A stretch of 64,000 bases of DNA from Camelus ferus (lineage: Eukaryota), in NCBI RefSeq assembly GCF_009834535.1, contig NC_045707.1, forward strand, positions 63,738,001 to 63,802,000, given 5' to 3'. The notes beneath the pieces are model-generated. The model was not told the DNA's origin and did no database searches. It saw only the letters and a list, made by a program, of their open reading frames with translations. Positions 39,866-53,969 of this stretch are shown in pieces; within the stretch, counting starts at the first letter, position 1, and each line of letters starts with the position of its first letter. Both the position numbers and the translations under genes were made by a program.

Positions 39866-40310
39866 CTGTGGTGAGTTAAAGATGGTCATAGACTCTTTGC
39901 CAAGTCTGTTTCCTCTCTCTTTTGACTCTGGGCTAGCCTTATAACTGGCTTTGACCAGGAGAATGTGGCAGAACTAATGCTATGCCAATTCCAGGCTAAA
40001 GCCTTAAGAAGGTCCGGCAGCCACACTCTTGGGATCCAGCTATCATACAAGCAGCTTAGGCTAGAATAAGGAATAAGGAGAGTCCTAGAGGATGAGATAC
40101 CAAAAAGAGTGAGAGGCCATGCAGAAGAGAACCCGGCATTCCTGGATCCAGTTCCCCACCCAGCGAAACCCTCAGTTCCACGCAGCTCCATGCGTGACTC
40201 CACTGATACCACATGGAACAGAGGACTTGTCCACAAAACCATAAGAAAAAATAAATAGTTTCAAGCCACCAAACTTTGGGGGGTTTGTTATGCAGCAAGC
40301 GATAACTGGT
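39866..40310 (+). mobile_element. MLT1 (F/G-like) solo LTR
   Basis: tgtggtgagttaaagatgg...tttcaagccaccaaactttggggggtttgttatgcagcaa. Confidence 0.8.
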
Positions 40311-41320
40311 CACTTTTCAACCTAAAAGAGTCCATCTTCTTTTAATCAATAAAATACTTAAACAATTTCTTCTTATGCCAGAAAGCAGGAAGGAATAACA
40401 AACAGCACCCCAAAATAATTCTTAAAAATATCATTAAATCTGAAAGCTACCTATTTTTCTATACCTTGAACTAAGTTTTTCCATATGTCATTAATAATCC
40501 AAGTGCTAATTTGTATATCTGCTTCATCAGTTGAATACCGGGAAATAAGTAAAAATAAAAAACTAAAAAGGCAAGTAATTTCAACAAGTACAAACTCATA
40601 ACTCAAGGCAAGAAAAGTTTCTGCCTTGGAAATTACTCCCTTTTGTTATATACTCTTGACAAAGTTATTCCAAGAAGGCCTTACAAAGGAAAGGTCAAAT
40701 AAGTTAAGTGGTCACCATCCTGACTATGGTGAAAATTCAGAGGTAAGTTTAACGGTAACTCATTTTTGGTCTCAAACAACTTTAAAAATCCTAAATTTGT
40801 GCTGAATGTTTACAGAGGGATTAAAAAAAAAATGGAAGAGCTTTAAAATAAACCTAGATTGTCCTTTTAAAGTTTATAGCATATTCTCCAAGCTATTTAG
40901 TGAGAAGAAAGAGTTTAAACTTGATTTAGTTCTTTTTCCTCTTCGCAATTAGGGAGCCCATCTATGCAGCCATACCAAGTTTTCAGGTGCCCAGTGTTTA
41001 CAGAATCAAAAATCGGTATACAACTTTTTCTTTAACAGGGAGATTAAAAGCCTCTATATTTCTCTGAAGCTTTACTTCAGGTTATTTCCCTTCCCTAATA
41101 TCTGAGAAGCCATGTAATAAACTATTAATAAATGATATTCATATTGTTAACATGAATTAAATACTCCATTAAAAAACATGAGAGGTCATTATTTATGCAC
41201 AAACTATACTTTACCCTTAAACCCAAAGCTAATCACATTAGTAAACAAAGGCATGTTAATGGAGATTTGGAAACTCAGTGTTGTTCTACTTAATTATCTA
41301 CCCATAAGTAAATAGGATAC

Positions 41321-41428
41321 CTTCTGAAAAGAATCTTCATCTGTTATATCATACACTAAAATAGCTCCATTTGAATCTCTGTAGTAAATTGGACCCAATG
41401 CGTGGAATCTCTCTTGACCTGCTGTATC
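41321..41428 (-). CDS. RAB21: RAB21 coding exon 3 (108 nt; G3 DTAGQ and switch II)
   Basis: Acceptor tttatttag|, [36 protein letters not shown], donor AAG|GTATCC. Confidence 0.97.
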
Positions 41429-42199
41429 CTAAATAAAGCAACAAATGCTTATTAGATCAGAAGAAAACATACATCTGTTATGGTAACTACAGTGAACTTC
41501 TGATTAATTAAAAAGTGAGGTATAAAGTTACAGATAATCCCAAAATACTGTTAAAAGAAACAGAACAGTTACAAAAACACTTTTTAACTCGTTATAATCA
41601 GTATATAATCAGTATTTAATGTTTTATTGTTATACAAAGGTTACTTCTCCCCTTCCCAACCCCTCCTCCTCAGCAATCTTCCCACCCTCACTAGAAAAAC
41701 CAGTTCAGTTGCCAAAGGGTCAGATGGCCACAATGTCATTATAAGCCAGGAACAGGCCTTGCACTAAATTTAGGTTCTCCACCTGCTGACAGGTACCCTA
41801 CTGCATTATTCTTGCCCTGCCCTCCACTAGTCACTCCCTCAGAGGATTGGAACATGGAGACGGGGGAGGGGTGCAATGGGTGGGGTGGGGTGGTTAGTCA
41901 GGCAGGCTGTCCACTCCTGTATTCCTTCTCCCATGTGGAATCCCTCTGAGTTGACCCTTCCCTAGCTGAAAAGTTATGATAGCACTATACATTTACACAG
42001 TTGTATTTAAGATATAATTCTTAGCCAGATTTTAGGGAAAAAACTTTATTTTTAAAAAGGTTTTATCTAACCTTCAGTTAACTAACTAACTAAATAAATA
42101 ATCCAGAAATTCAAATTCTTATTCCTTGAGCCAATTAGTTATTAGAGCACCAAGAACAGGTACAGGCTTTCACTCATACAGTTAAAAAAGTTAACTTAC

Positions 42200-42259
42200 C
42201 CATATAGCAAGGTTTACTCTTTTCCCACCAATATTTAACTTCTTTGTTAAGAATGACGC
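42200..42259 (-). CDS. RAB21: RAB21 coding exon 2 (60 nt)
   Basis: Acceptor tcttttcttag|, ASFLTKKLNIGGKRVNLAIW, donor TGG|GTAAGT; phase 0/0. Confidence 0.97.
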
Positions 42260-44835
42260 CTAAGAAAAGAGAGATATACATTAAACAATGTTTCACATAA
42301 AGTAACATTTCTTATCTTAAAAACTATAGATGAATCATGTCAATATGAAACTCCAGTTATCTGGGAGAAAAAGTAATCATTGAGGTTTTTATTAGTGACC
42401 AAACACCATTTCCACTGAAGATCGAACACTCTTTATATTATAATCTAAGAAAAAGATATTTTGTTTTATGAACACAAGTTATGAAAGTACAAAAAAGTTG
42501 GTAATTAAATGTTTTCTTAGTTTTTCCTCACAGAACGTTTTCTTAGCATTTAATTTGATGGCACCTTACCTACTCATTGTAGAAACTCTAAGAGACTTCT
42601 AAGATGAGATAAAAGAAATGTTTACTGGTAGTTCACTTAACTGAATGAATACTATTATTATTCGAAATGTTCTTGCAATTATTTTATAATTCAATGACTT
42701 AAACTATATCTAATATATCTAAACTAAATCTAATGATTTAAACTATATATCTTACAGTCCACTGCAGAAATTAAAATGTAAAGAGAATTAAAATACCACG
42801 TGATAAGTGTTAAAACAGAAGATCTTGCCAAGTATACTGTAAGGAAAATGCTGAGAAAAGAAGTGTAAAGCCTGCCTGGATGAGCCACAGAAGACTTCAG
42901 AAAGAAAGTAATGACCTCCCCTTTAGAAGTAGTAGGGGCTTTTTCTAACAGATGGGTGAAGCCACTAAAGCCTGAAGAACGTAACTCCAAACCCCATGGG
43001 AAAGAAACTCCAAGTTGGTTGGTTTACCAAAGATAAAGACTACAAACATTGGCAAAGGTTGAATGAATCAAAAAAGTCCTGGAACTTCATATTTAGACAT
43101 ATAGACTTTACCTTCTGGGTCTTAATCAAACCTGTTCCAAGACACTAGACAAGTTTTTTTGTTTCATGTATACTATAGTCAGGTATATCTGGGGACTGCT
43201 GCATATTGCTCTGTATCCCCTTTGTGTATTCATAACGCACATCAGCACACTAAGATTCTGCCAAAAGGAAGACTGACTAACAGCTTTTATACAAGCATTT
43301 CCCAAGCTCATTTGACTTCTTTTTTCCTAAAGAAACACCTACCTAAAGGAATTAATGTTAGGAAATAATACTGTTGACAATGGAGAATCCATAAAAGCCT
43401 TTAAGCAGTGGGGAAGTATAAGATCTATATTTTAAGAGAATGACTCTGGGATAGGAAGAAAGGACAGGACTAGACCTGGGAGACAGGAGGCTACTTTAAA
43501 GTTGGAAAGAAAAACATAAAGGGACTGAACTAAGTCCACGTAGACAGAAAAGAGAGAACAGAATCAAGAGTAATTGAAGAAGAAATACAATCGGAATCCA
43601 GTCAGTTGACAGGTTTAAAAAAGGAACAGAGAGCCAAGTTCAAAGCTATGCAGAGAAAGACATATTTTAAGTGTATCTATATAGAAAAAAGTACAGAGAC
43701 AGAGAAACAGATAAAAGGCTAGGATGGTGAATTATTATTACTGAAGGAGAAGGAACCTAGATTTCAGGGAGGACTTTCTGCTGTATGCACACCAAGGAAA
43801 ATTAAAAGTAAGAAAAGGACACTAGATTGAGTGATTAACTAAGGAATCCACAAAGACACCAATGGCAGAGCTGAAAGCAAATCCAGGAATGCCTTCCTTC
43901 AAGGCCCAAGCTATACTCAAGATACCTCATTAAACAGAACAAAGGTTACATAGAAAAGGGTATAAAATAAATTCAACGGCAAAATAACAAAAGAAATAAT
44001 TTGGAAAATGAGAAGACCAAATACATGACAATGAATGTGAATAAAGGACCATCTCCCACTCACAGCATAAGAACTACGAATATCAACTCTGAAGCAGAAC
44101 TTTGGATATTGGATCTCAGCTTTGCACTTATTAGCTGTAACAGCTGCATAATTTATATGAACTCACCCATTCACATTGTTTCAGTATCAATGCTATAAAA
44201 GGAAACTCAAAATCTGAATCCTATCCAAATATTTAATAGATAAGTAAACTTAAATGCCCTCCTACTTTCAAAATGTATCCAAACTGATCTTCCCTCCAAA
44301 ATTGGCTTTCCATTCCAACTTCAGTATTTTAATCACATCCTCCAAGTCACTGAGGTTTAGAATCTTAGAAATATCATCATTGACTATTCTTCCTCCCGTC
44401 ATCCCATATTCCCAAAAAACCCTACCAAGCCTTGTTTTCATATTTCCTGCGGAGTTCTAGGACCACCAGTCTCATATTATGTCATAATATGAATACTTCT
44501 GGTCTCACTTTACACTCTGGTCCTCTGGTCTACATGCGAAATTACATTCCCAAAGCCTCCATGATTTAAAAAACAAAACAAAAAGACCCTTATCATATCT
44601 ATAGCTAGGTTCTCTCATAAGCTATCATTTTCAATAAGTATGCTTGAACTACATCCTTGCTAGTAAATAATATCATAAAAGCCTTTTTGTCATGAGTTTT
44701 GTCTCAGCAGAGGGGAGTGAATTGGAGCTGCTAATGCTCCACCATTTCCTTCCTACCATTCCCTCTGAAACTTACTACCACCTTCCCATGGTGAGTTTAG
44801 AGACAGTGTTAAGTCTTTTCTAAGAAACCATGGAT

Positions 44836-45473
44836 GTACACTGTTGGTCAGAATGTAGTTTGGTGTAGCCAGTATGGAAAATAGTATGGCGATTCCTCAA
44901 AAAACTAAAACTACTTACCATATGATCCAACAATCCCACTCCCGGGCATGTATCTAGAGGGATCTCTAGCTCGAAAAGATACATGCACTCCAATGTTCAC
45001 AGAAGCACTATTTACAATAGCCAAGACATAGAAACAACTTAAATGTCCACTGACAGATGACCGGATAAAGAAGCTGTCGTGTATTTATACAATGGAATAC
45101 CACTCAGCCATAAAAAATAAAATAATGTCACTTGCAGAAACATGGATGGACCTGGAGATCGTCATACTAAGTAAAGTAAACCCGAAAGAGAAAGAAAAAT
45201 ACCATATGATCTTGCTTATACGTGGAATCTTGAAACAAACAAACAAAAAGGACACAAATGAACTTATTTACAAAACAGACTCACAGACATAGAAAACAAA
45301 CTTATGGTTACCAGGGGGAAAAGGTATAAAACCTATAATGAAAAAGAATAAGAAAAGGAATATATGTATATGTATATGACTGAAACATTAGGCTGTACAC
45401 CAGAAATTAACACATTGTAAACTGCCTATACTTCAGTTTTTTTCAAATGGAAAAAAAGAAAAAGAAAAAGAAA
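44836..45473 (+). mobile_element. Relatively young 5'-truncated L1 3' end in intron 1 (antisense to RAB21)
   Basis: Perfect 14-bp TSD aagaaaccatggat (44822-44835 and 45474-45487); peptide MEYHSAIKNKIMSLAETWMDLEIVILS; (GAAAAA)n tail. Confidence 0.92.
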
Positions 45474-46139
45474 AAGAAACCATGGATATATAAAACAATT
45501 TTATGAAAAGAGTGTTCATCACAACATTGATTATATTAAAAAAATGAAATAACCTAAAGGCCCATCAACAGGCAATTTAAAAAATACACAAATATAGCCC
45601 ATCCACACAGTGAGACACTGTACAGTCATTTCTACTACTATTGTTAATACTAGCTAACAGTTATTTAATGCTTACCTTCCGCCAAGGACTGTGCTATGCA
45701 CTTTTAACAAAATCATTCATAAGTTCTCCTTTGTAAAAGTCAAAAAGCCCTAATCTACAAATAAAAATCTCAAAGCCTTATCTTTGTATCCAAGGACCTC
45801 TACCATTTGTCCACATCTGTCTTCCTAGATCAGCTGCCAGTATGTCTCTACTTACTCTCCAACGTACACAGTCTACACTATATATTCCCTCCAATTATCC
45901 TTGTTCATAAAACTGGGGAATCCTTATTCTCTATCTGAATCTCACCTACCCAAGACCAACTCATGACCTATACTCTTCCTCCTTGAACTTGTAAGCTTTC
46001 TCGTGCCACCCATACAAACTGCACTGAATTTCTCTGCCCTGAAGAACTTTAGGGAACCTAATCTTGTCATGCACAGCCTACACCACCTTGTATTGTAAGT
46101 TATCTTTTCATGAGTATAAGTCTCCTGCTAACTACTTTA

Positions 46140-46385
46140 CATATTTTTTATTTAACACTTTCACAGTGCTTACAGTGAAATGGGCAGTGTTCTAAGAACT
46201 TTTCAATATTAACACACTTCTCATAACACTCTGTGAGTTAGATATAATTACCATCCAAATATTATAGATGTGGCAACAGACAAAGGAATGGTAAGTATCT
46301 TGCCCAAGGTCACACAGTAAGTGACAGAGTAGGATCTGAAATCCAGGCAGTCTGGCTCCAGACATGACTCATAATCACCATGCTA
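46140..46385 (-). mobile_element. MIR SINE
   Basis: cttgcccaaggtcacacag...ccaggcagtctggctccaga. Confidence 0.8.
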
Positions 46386-47473
46386 TGGTACCTCCCAGAC
46401 TGAGATGTTAGCTAACAATTCTTCTCTAGTAGAAGGGGCGGGAGGAACCACAGTGCTGGCCATAGCCACCATGCTAATATTGTTAACTGTAGGTAAACAC
46501 AGCTACAATGTGCCTGGTATTAACTCGATTTATGTAAAAGATGTGTTCCTAGAAGTTTCCTTATAAACCAAATTATTTTAACTCAAATATCTGAGGCACT
46601 AGTAAAGCACATTATTATAGAGTTCCCACTAAATCTTTTTTTCTCTTCATAACGAAAAACTTAAGTCCTATTCTATAGAAAGATTCTTTCTGTAATATAA
46701 ATCATCTCATTTTACATATATACTAAGTTTTTAATATTGCATAGGTATTTTCTTAAAGAACAAACATCTTCTGTTTTAAAAACAAATACAATTATATTTG
46801 AGAATAAAGCTGCAAGATTTTACAGAACATCAAGATAGCAGTAAACAATCAAAAGGCTGAAATTTATCTTAATTTTTTAAACTACCTCTATGAGCCATAC
46901 TTAATTTGCCCAGACTACTGAGATACCATTTGTGATTATACTACTTACTCTGGGGTGGAGGTTCTTAATTCTGTTATACCAGAGTAAGCGTGGGAGGGAG
47001 GCATGATCATGGACTTCTTTGAGAATCTGATGAAAGCTATGAATTCATTCACTCCCAAGAAAACTGCTCATATGCACATACCAAAAACAATTTTCACACA
47101 CTTTTCCAAGGGATTTTATAAATCCCTGGCCAACATCTCAGTGAAGAACCACCCCCCGGCCCCCAGTCTAGAAAGCGCAGGGGAGAGGGGCATGAAACAA
47201 TGTCAATTCAAAGGTTCTAGGAATATGGGAAGAAAAAAACAATAGCACATACTACATGCCACCACGCCTGGGCTTTTTCATTTAATCTTTACAACAACAC
47301 TGTGAAGTAGGTAATTAGCCCTATTTTACAGTTGTGAACCTACAATTTAAAGAAATACAGTTGTCTGACCCAAGGTCAGACAACTCAGTCAGGTAATGTA
47401 GTGGGTGGAAGCCTGTCTGACTCCACAGTGTTCTTCCATTGCACAAAGCTGCCTATCCTAGAACATACACACA

Positions 47474-47684
47474 TTTTTTAATGCTTTTTTTTAAACTTTT
47501 TTTTAAACATTTTTATTTTTTATATTTTATTTATTTATTATTGTATTATTTAATTATTTTGTTTTGGCAGTGGCAGGGGGAGAGGTAATTAGGTTTATTT
47601 ATTTTTAGAGGAGATACTGTGGATAGAACCCAGGACCTCAGGCATGCAAAGCATGCACTCTACCACTTGAGCTACACCCTCCCC
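47474..47684 (-). mobile_element. tRNA-Ala-derived SINE, long-tail form, intron 1
   Basis: T-rich tail, gaggtaattaggttta, gaacccaggacctc...gagctacaccctcccc. Confidence 0.9.
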
Positions 47685-48431
47685 ACAACACACTCTTAAC
47701 CTGGCACTCCTCCACTAGGAACACTTAAATGTTCCTGGACACCAACTCATCTCCCAAAATATTCTCAGGGTAGGCACAAAATAATGAGGATCAAAGTAAT
47801 GGTACATTTCCCACCTTATACCTCCAGACCCTGAGTGACAGTATGACTAGTTCTTCTTACCCCAGTGATCTAACCTTCCAAACTTCAGGGGTATTAACAA
47901 ACTTAACAATCTTATTAGACACCTGTCATTTGCACCTGATGCTTTTTTACCCAACATTTTATCTGATATCATAGTGAATATATATATTTTAAATCTCTAC
48001 TTTAAAAAATAAAATAGGGTTATAGGAGAGATACAGTAAGAGCAAATTACATTTGCCAAATGAAAGTCTTTTCATAACTTGTTTAATCGATGTTTTAACA
48101 GGGTTTTCTTGTGTATGTTTTTGTTAGCCAAACCGTGCTTGCTAATCATTGGCAGAGCAAAATACCTAAAGCAGTACAGTAACCAATTGTGGATGAATAC
48201 CTTCCTGTCTTTATTTAGGTTCAACAGACTTTCATTAATAATATGTGTGTGCATAACTGAACAGTTGTATTATTTTTGCTACAGTTACTAACATTGTTTC
48301 AGGCTTATGTATTTAAAGTTTCTATTAATTACTTCCAGACTTAATATGTGGACAAGAAAGGATTCAGACAAATAATTTATAAAATTGCCTCTGTAGTAAG
48401 GCAATGAAAATTAGCTACCAAAAAACTAAGC

Positions 48432-48538
48432 TACAATGGCAAAATTATATTATAATATATAAATGTAACAAACATGTTATACATCTTAAATTTATACAAT
48501 GTTATATATCAAATATATTTTAATTAAATAAAAGAAAG
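48432..48538 (+). mobile_element. Short L1 3'-terminal insertion
   Basis: 10-bp TSD aaaactaagc; catgttatacatcttaaatttatacaatgttata resembles an L1 3' end. Confidence 0.65.
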
Positions 48539-49829
48539 AAAACTAAGCAGGGTCCTTGGCTATGTCAACATTTCTTGCCCTTAGTTTCTAAAAGGAAGTA
48601 CTATACTCAGTTTAGAGTCCAAGTCAATACTTTGAAAAGGAGAGTCAAAAAGTCACTTCTAAGGACTAGGTCAAAACACAAAGCAGAAAATGGCCATCAG
48701 ATATAGAATATTTATTTATTAGAAGTTAAAAGCTATGATTCATTTAAAAAAAAAAAAACTCTTCTTAAAAAAAATCATCCACCCCTCCATGGCCCATATT
48801 TATCTAATGAAATACTGAGGGAAAAGGAAAAAGATTTCAACTACTTTATTTTATAAAGATATTGCAAATGAACTGGCTGAATCAACACTGAAGTGGCTTC
48901 CAGTACTACTCAGAAAATATTTCAGACATTCAAAACATTAATCTTACAAACAAGGAAATCAAGATTCCTAAACCAGAAACTATGATGCTAAGTGCAAATC
49001 CAGCTGCTAGAACCAAATACCAAGTGTTGCTCAGGAGGTTAGGTGTATACAGCGGGGGAAAATGCAGTTGATTTAGCTTAAGAAAAAATGGTACACCAAT
49101 ACTATTTGTGGGACCTCAGAAATTTAATCCAAGTTTAGTTTCCTCATTTGCCATACTGTCAGGAAACTAACCACCTGCCCAGCCAACCTTACAGCACCTC
49201 TTTGCTAACCAAATGACAGGCACCTACTTCAGGAGGCAGATAGGTGGAATTCCAGTTAGAATTCTAAAAGGGAAGGTGACTGATAGTTCTGATTATAAAC
49301 AATGTTACTTTTTATATAGGAGACTAGTTGGGACAGAAGGCATTTAAATTAGAGTGTATAATCTTACAATACCTTCAATAGGGGAAAAGGAGGGGAGGGT
49401 TCAGCTGAAGAAAGGAAGGGATCACCCAGCAGCACACATTCATACAGAGACATAACCAAAGACAATCAAAGTGGCACAAGCATTTAAGAACAAAGAAGAA
49501 AGCTAACTGATGGTTAAACCTCCTCACTCATCTATATATACCCCAGTGAGCACAATGTTTGACATGTAACAGGTATGAAATAAACAATTCTTGAGTTTGA
49601 CTAGGTTCAGCAGTTAAATCCCAGAGAAAAAGGAGTAAGTCCTTTACTACAATCTTGTTGTCTCTGTTGAGTTTAACATAGCCCCAAATCAATGAGGAAA
49701 TCACATAAGAGAGTTGAGGACTCTATATAAGATCAAGCTTTCTTGGCAAGCCAGGCAAAGGATCTTGAGTTCTCAGAGAGCTCATCCAACAAAATTACTT
49801 CATAATTATCAGTAACCTAGGAAGAGGTC

Positions 49830-51650
49830 TGCAAAAAGGAAGTAGTACTAAAACACCAAAGCATGGCAAATGCCACAATTTTCAAAAAAGTGTATTTCCA
49901 GAAATGTCGATCTCAGACAAAACTCTAGAATTGATAATAAACAAATACATATGTGTGTATAAAAATACAAAATATAGCAGTCCCTCAGACAGCACGGGTT
50001 CTCAAAATAATTCATGTCAAATTAACCTCATTACATTTTTGCCTGAGTTACCATGAAAGAAACCAACACAAATTAAGCACCATTTATTCATTCAAAGGCA
50101 AACATACATTAAACAAACACTGTGCCAGGTTTACACACTATGGCTCTCTAATCCACATCAAAACCCTATGAGTGAGATTCTCCCATTTCATGGATAATGA
50201 GCCAGCTGACAAACGTTAAAATAATCGGCCAAGATCCAGGAGCCAAAAATTCAAACTAACTACAAAGTCCTGTCCCTTTTTACCACATCATAGGGCCTCC
50301 TAGTGCAGAAACAGTGGATCCTGTCTTCTGCAAGCATCTGACAGAGCATCTCATGATATCCGGTATAGGCAAGACTAATGTGGCTACAACAAAAAAGTTA
50401 GATTTGTAATACCAGAATAGCCATTTTCATTAAAGGCTTCATGTCCACTAGGTAGTAACCCATAGCACTCAGCCTTGTTTTCTGCTTCCATTATCATTAA
50501 TATGTAATATACTCCATTAATAACTATTTCTCAGTCAAGAGGAAAGAGGACTGTGGCCCAAGCACGGACTGAAAGACCCCACCCCTAAGATTCTGAATGT
50601 CTAGAGAAATACAGCTCTGGTCACGTGTCACTAGACTATGATGAGACTTGCACAGAGCTCTGCACTTGGCCCTCTCTCTCCCCTTTCTTTCAGAGTCTAC
50701 TTATGACTGATGAGAACACTGAAGACATTCAACTGAAATCTTCAGCTGACAAAGTTACGAGTAGCTAGCCTGGAGAGGAGGAGGCATGATGCCTTATTTT
50801 TCTTTGCATGCCCTGGACCCAACCGAGCGCCTGACCCACAAGAACTCCACCAAAGTTTCTTGAATTATCAAACATTTAAAGGATATTAATAGGCTTTAAC
50901 CACTGGAGCAAATCTATCAAAGCCAACTTCAATGAGTCAAATACATTAGGGACAAAAAACCAATACACAATCAAAGAAAAAAGAAGCTGAGGGATGTGAA
51001 GTCTCCTTCCTTCCTACCTTCCTTCTTCCCTCCCTCCCTTCTTTTCAAGCAAATAAGACTCAGACAGTGGGCACAATGTTAATCAATGTGACAGCTAACT
51101 AAAAAGCTCAGTCTTTTCTACTTAGGTATGAGAAAAGAATTCTCCCCAGGAAAGGTCATAGTCTGCACTTCTTTGCACAGTTCTAACCATACTTGGAATC
51201 ATTTGTATAGCTCAAGCCATCATATTTTAAGGAAAGAGGACAATGATTAAGTGGTGACTGTCAAGAAGAGATGTCAAAATAGTGATGATTTAGAACAATT
51301 TTACAGAAGACCCAGTTTAAGGAACCAGAGCTGTTTACCCAAGAGAAGACAAGACTCAAGAGGATGTGATAGCTATCTTCAACTATCAGAAGAGATGTTG
51401 CATGTGGCTAAGATTCAGAGGGCAGAACTAAGACTGGAAACTACAGGGAAACAGATTTTTGTCTCCAGGCACAGAAAAATGAGTTGGAAATGAAATCTGT
51501 CCAAAAATGAGACGTGCTGCTTCAGGATATAGTTTTCTACCTTCTATGTCAGTTCATCTCACCTCCAAGATGTTTGAAGCAGTCACTTGACCGAAATATT
51601 TAACGAAAGACTGAAACAGTGAAACATAAACTCTTAGGTTCCTCTCAGCC
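49830..51650 (+). mobile_element. Fragmented L3/CR1 with inserted MIR/L2 pieces and a (CCTT)n tract
   Basis: ggcaaatgccacaattttcaaaaaag, tcatgtcaaattaacctcatt, atcttcaactatcagaagagatg resemble L3; low-complexity tract 51003-51045. Confidence 0.45.
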
Positions 51651-52269
51651 TTTAACATAGGAATACATGAGAGTGTACTTTGCAAAACACAAAGTATTTT
51701 ACAAAGATAGGTAGTAGGTAGTTTTGTTGACAAGAAAAAAGGGAAACTCTTCCCCTCATACTTTAGGATGCATTATCTCCTCTCCATTTGAAAATGAAAG
51801 GCATACCAGCTTGTGTTTTATGGGTCTCACTCAAGTCAAATTCCTCTAAACAAACTGTTAAGAAAGATGAACTGATATCTAAGAGAAAGAGACTGAATAT
51901 AATGCTGTTCCCATACACTGATATGCAGCAAAATCTTCAATTCTGGAACATAAGCCAGACACTGTTTGTGATGAGTGTTAAATAAATATTAAAATCAGGA
52001 CTGCTATGCTTCTGATACCAGCGAGCTACCACAACTTCATTCTCTCCCATGTAAATTGCAGTGGTTTCCTCTCAGGTATTAAAAATCTTTAGCCTGGTTT
52101 TAGTTTTGAGGATATGTTTTTGGAATGTATAATGAAAGTGCAATTTTTAGATAAAAAAACTAAACTATTTTTTAAAAAACGTTAAAAGCACAACCACAAG
52201 GTTTTCTCTTTTCTCTAAGATTTGTAGCACAAAAGAAACCACTAAGGGGTGGTTTACCAGTATCCAGAG

Positions 52270-52510
52270 ACAGCGTGACTTATTGCTTAAACTTTGAAGT
52301 AAGAACTGGATTCAAACTTCAGCTTGGCCACCATGGCTTGTGGCAATCTGATGGCCAGCAAATTACTCAACTTGACCACGCCTGTTTCATCACCTGTAAA
52401 ATGAGGCTAATAAAACTATCCACCTCATAGGCTGTTGTAAGAATTGAAAGAAAAGAAGAAAAGTAAAATATTCAGCACAGTACGGACTCACTAAATGTTA
52501 TTGCTATTAC
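52270..52510 (+). mobile_element. MIR SINE
   Basis: tttcatcacctgtaaaatgagg...cacctcataggctgttgtaagaattgaa. Confidence 0.75.
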
Positions 52511-52859
52511 TTTACCTAAACTTCCAAATGATCATAGGTATTTACCCTACGAATTTCCTTGCTCTAATAACACTTAATTAAAATTGTGTTAAGTGATCTT
52601 GTACAAGGATGTAAGAAAAAAAATGCAGTTTCCTGACATTGACTTTTTCAGATATTATGCCTTACACAGGAGTAAAAATAGAACATGGAATCAGAACCAG
52701 AGCATCTTTGTAAATTCTAGGCTCAGTAGTTTAATAATAGCATCAAACATCAAATGTCAGAACAATTAAGAGGAGACTGTGCATTCTATTAAATAGTGTC
52801 CATGCACTTAACACACTCCACAATCACTAATTACAGTCTATTGTACAATTTGGGCTAGC

Positions 52860-53085
52860 AATAATAAAAATGGAGAGCTTACACTATCAGGTCCTAAGTG
52901 TTTTTATGTATATTTGTCCTGACAACCCTATGAACTAGATACTATTTTTATGGCCATGTTAACAGATAAAGAAATTTAGGCACAGAAAAGTTAATTAACT
53001 TGACCAAGATCACACAGCTAGTTAAACTGATGGTGGTGCAATATGAAAATCAGGCTCAAAAGTCCACTAGAATTTACTGCCTCTG
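52860..53085 (-). mobile_element. MIR SINE
   Basis: acagataaagaaatttaggcacagaaaagttaattaacttgaccaagatcacacagcta. Confidence 0.8.
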
Positions 53086-53969
53086 ACTAAATTGACCTGG
53101 CAGATTCGTTGAATATTCTTCTTCTAACACGTGCAAACTGATTTCTTTGGAAGACGGGGAGACTCCAACGACCTCAGAGGCCTGACTTCACTCCCAATCA
53201 ATGATTACATTTTAACACGTTTCCGACTAACCACCGTGTAACTGCTGATGAAAGCCGGCCCTACATCACAAGCAAATAAATAACAGCAGCAGCTAAGCTG
53301 CTAGTTCGAGGACCAACTGTTGGCCAGTATTTAAATGACGTTTCCATGTGAACATGGCTCGACCCGCATCGCTGGATGGAAGTGACCCACCAGTCAGACC
53401 TACGCAGGCAGCAATGGAACTGCGTAACCCACACCGGCAAGGGGTCATTTTAAAAACCCTCCGGAGGTGAATGTTTTGCCAATCAGCACGTTACTCGAAG
53501 ACAGAGTAAAATGGAACTTGCATAAATACTTAGTCATCAGTACGCGCTGAAGTTACAAATCACCTAATTCGCAAAATCAAATCCGCAGCTAAGTTCCTAA
53601 TTCCGAAAGAAAGAAAAAGGGCTGACACTCGGTTGACTGCCTGTAGGGTGAAGGCACCTAGGGCCCAAGCGGAAGCGACTAGAAGGGGAAAACCTAGCCC
53701 ACCGACGGGGATTCCACGACACGCGCAGCCACACTAGGGACTTTTCAGGGCCCTTCCACTCCCCTCCCAACAGCCTGTTCTCCTGTCTCCAGGCCGCCCC
53801 GACAACGCGTGTTCCCAGGGCGAATTCGGAAAGGCAATCCGAAGGCGGCGATGACAGGCCTGGGATCCGAGAGCCCAGACCTAGAGGACCGTGGCGACAG
53901 GCAAAGTCCTCGGAGCCCCGGAGGGGTAGGGGCCCCGAGGCGCCACCTCCCGCTCCCCGGGGCCCGCAC

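Noticed and set aside
50620..50627. Second GTCACGTG E-box in intron 1
   Set aside because: Isolated 8-mer outside the CpG island, amid repeat fragments; no supporting context.
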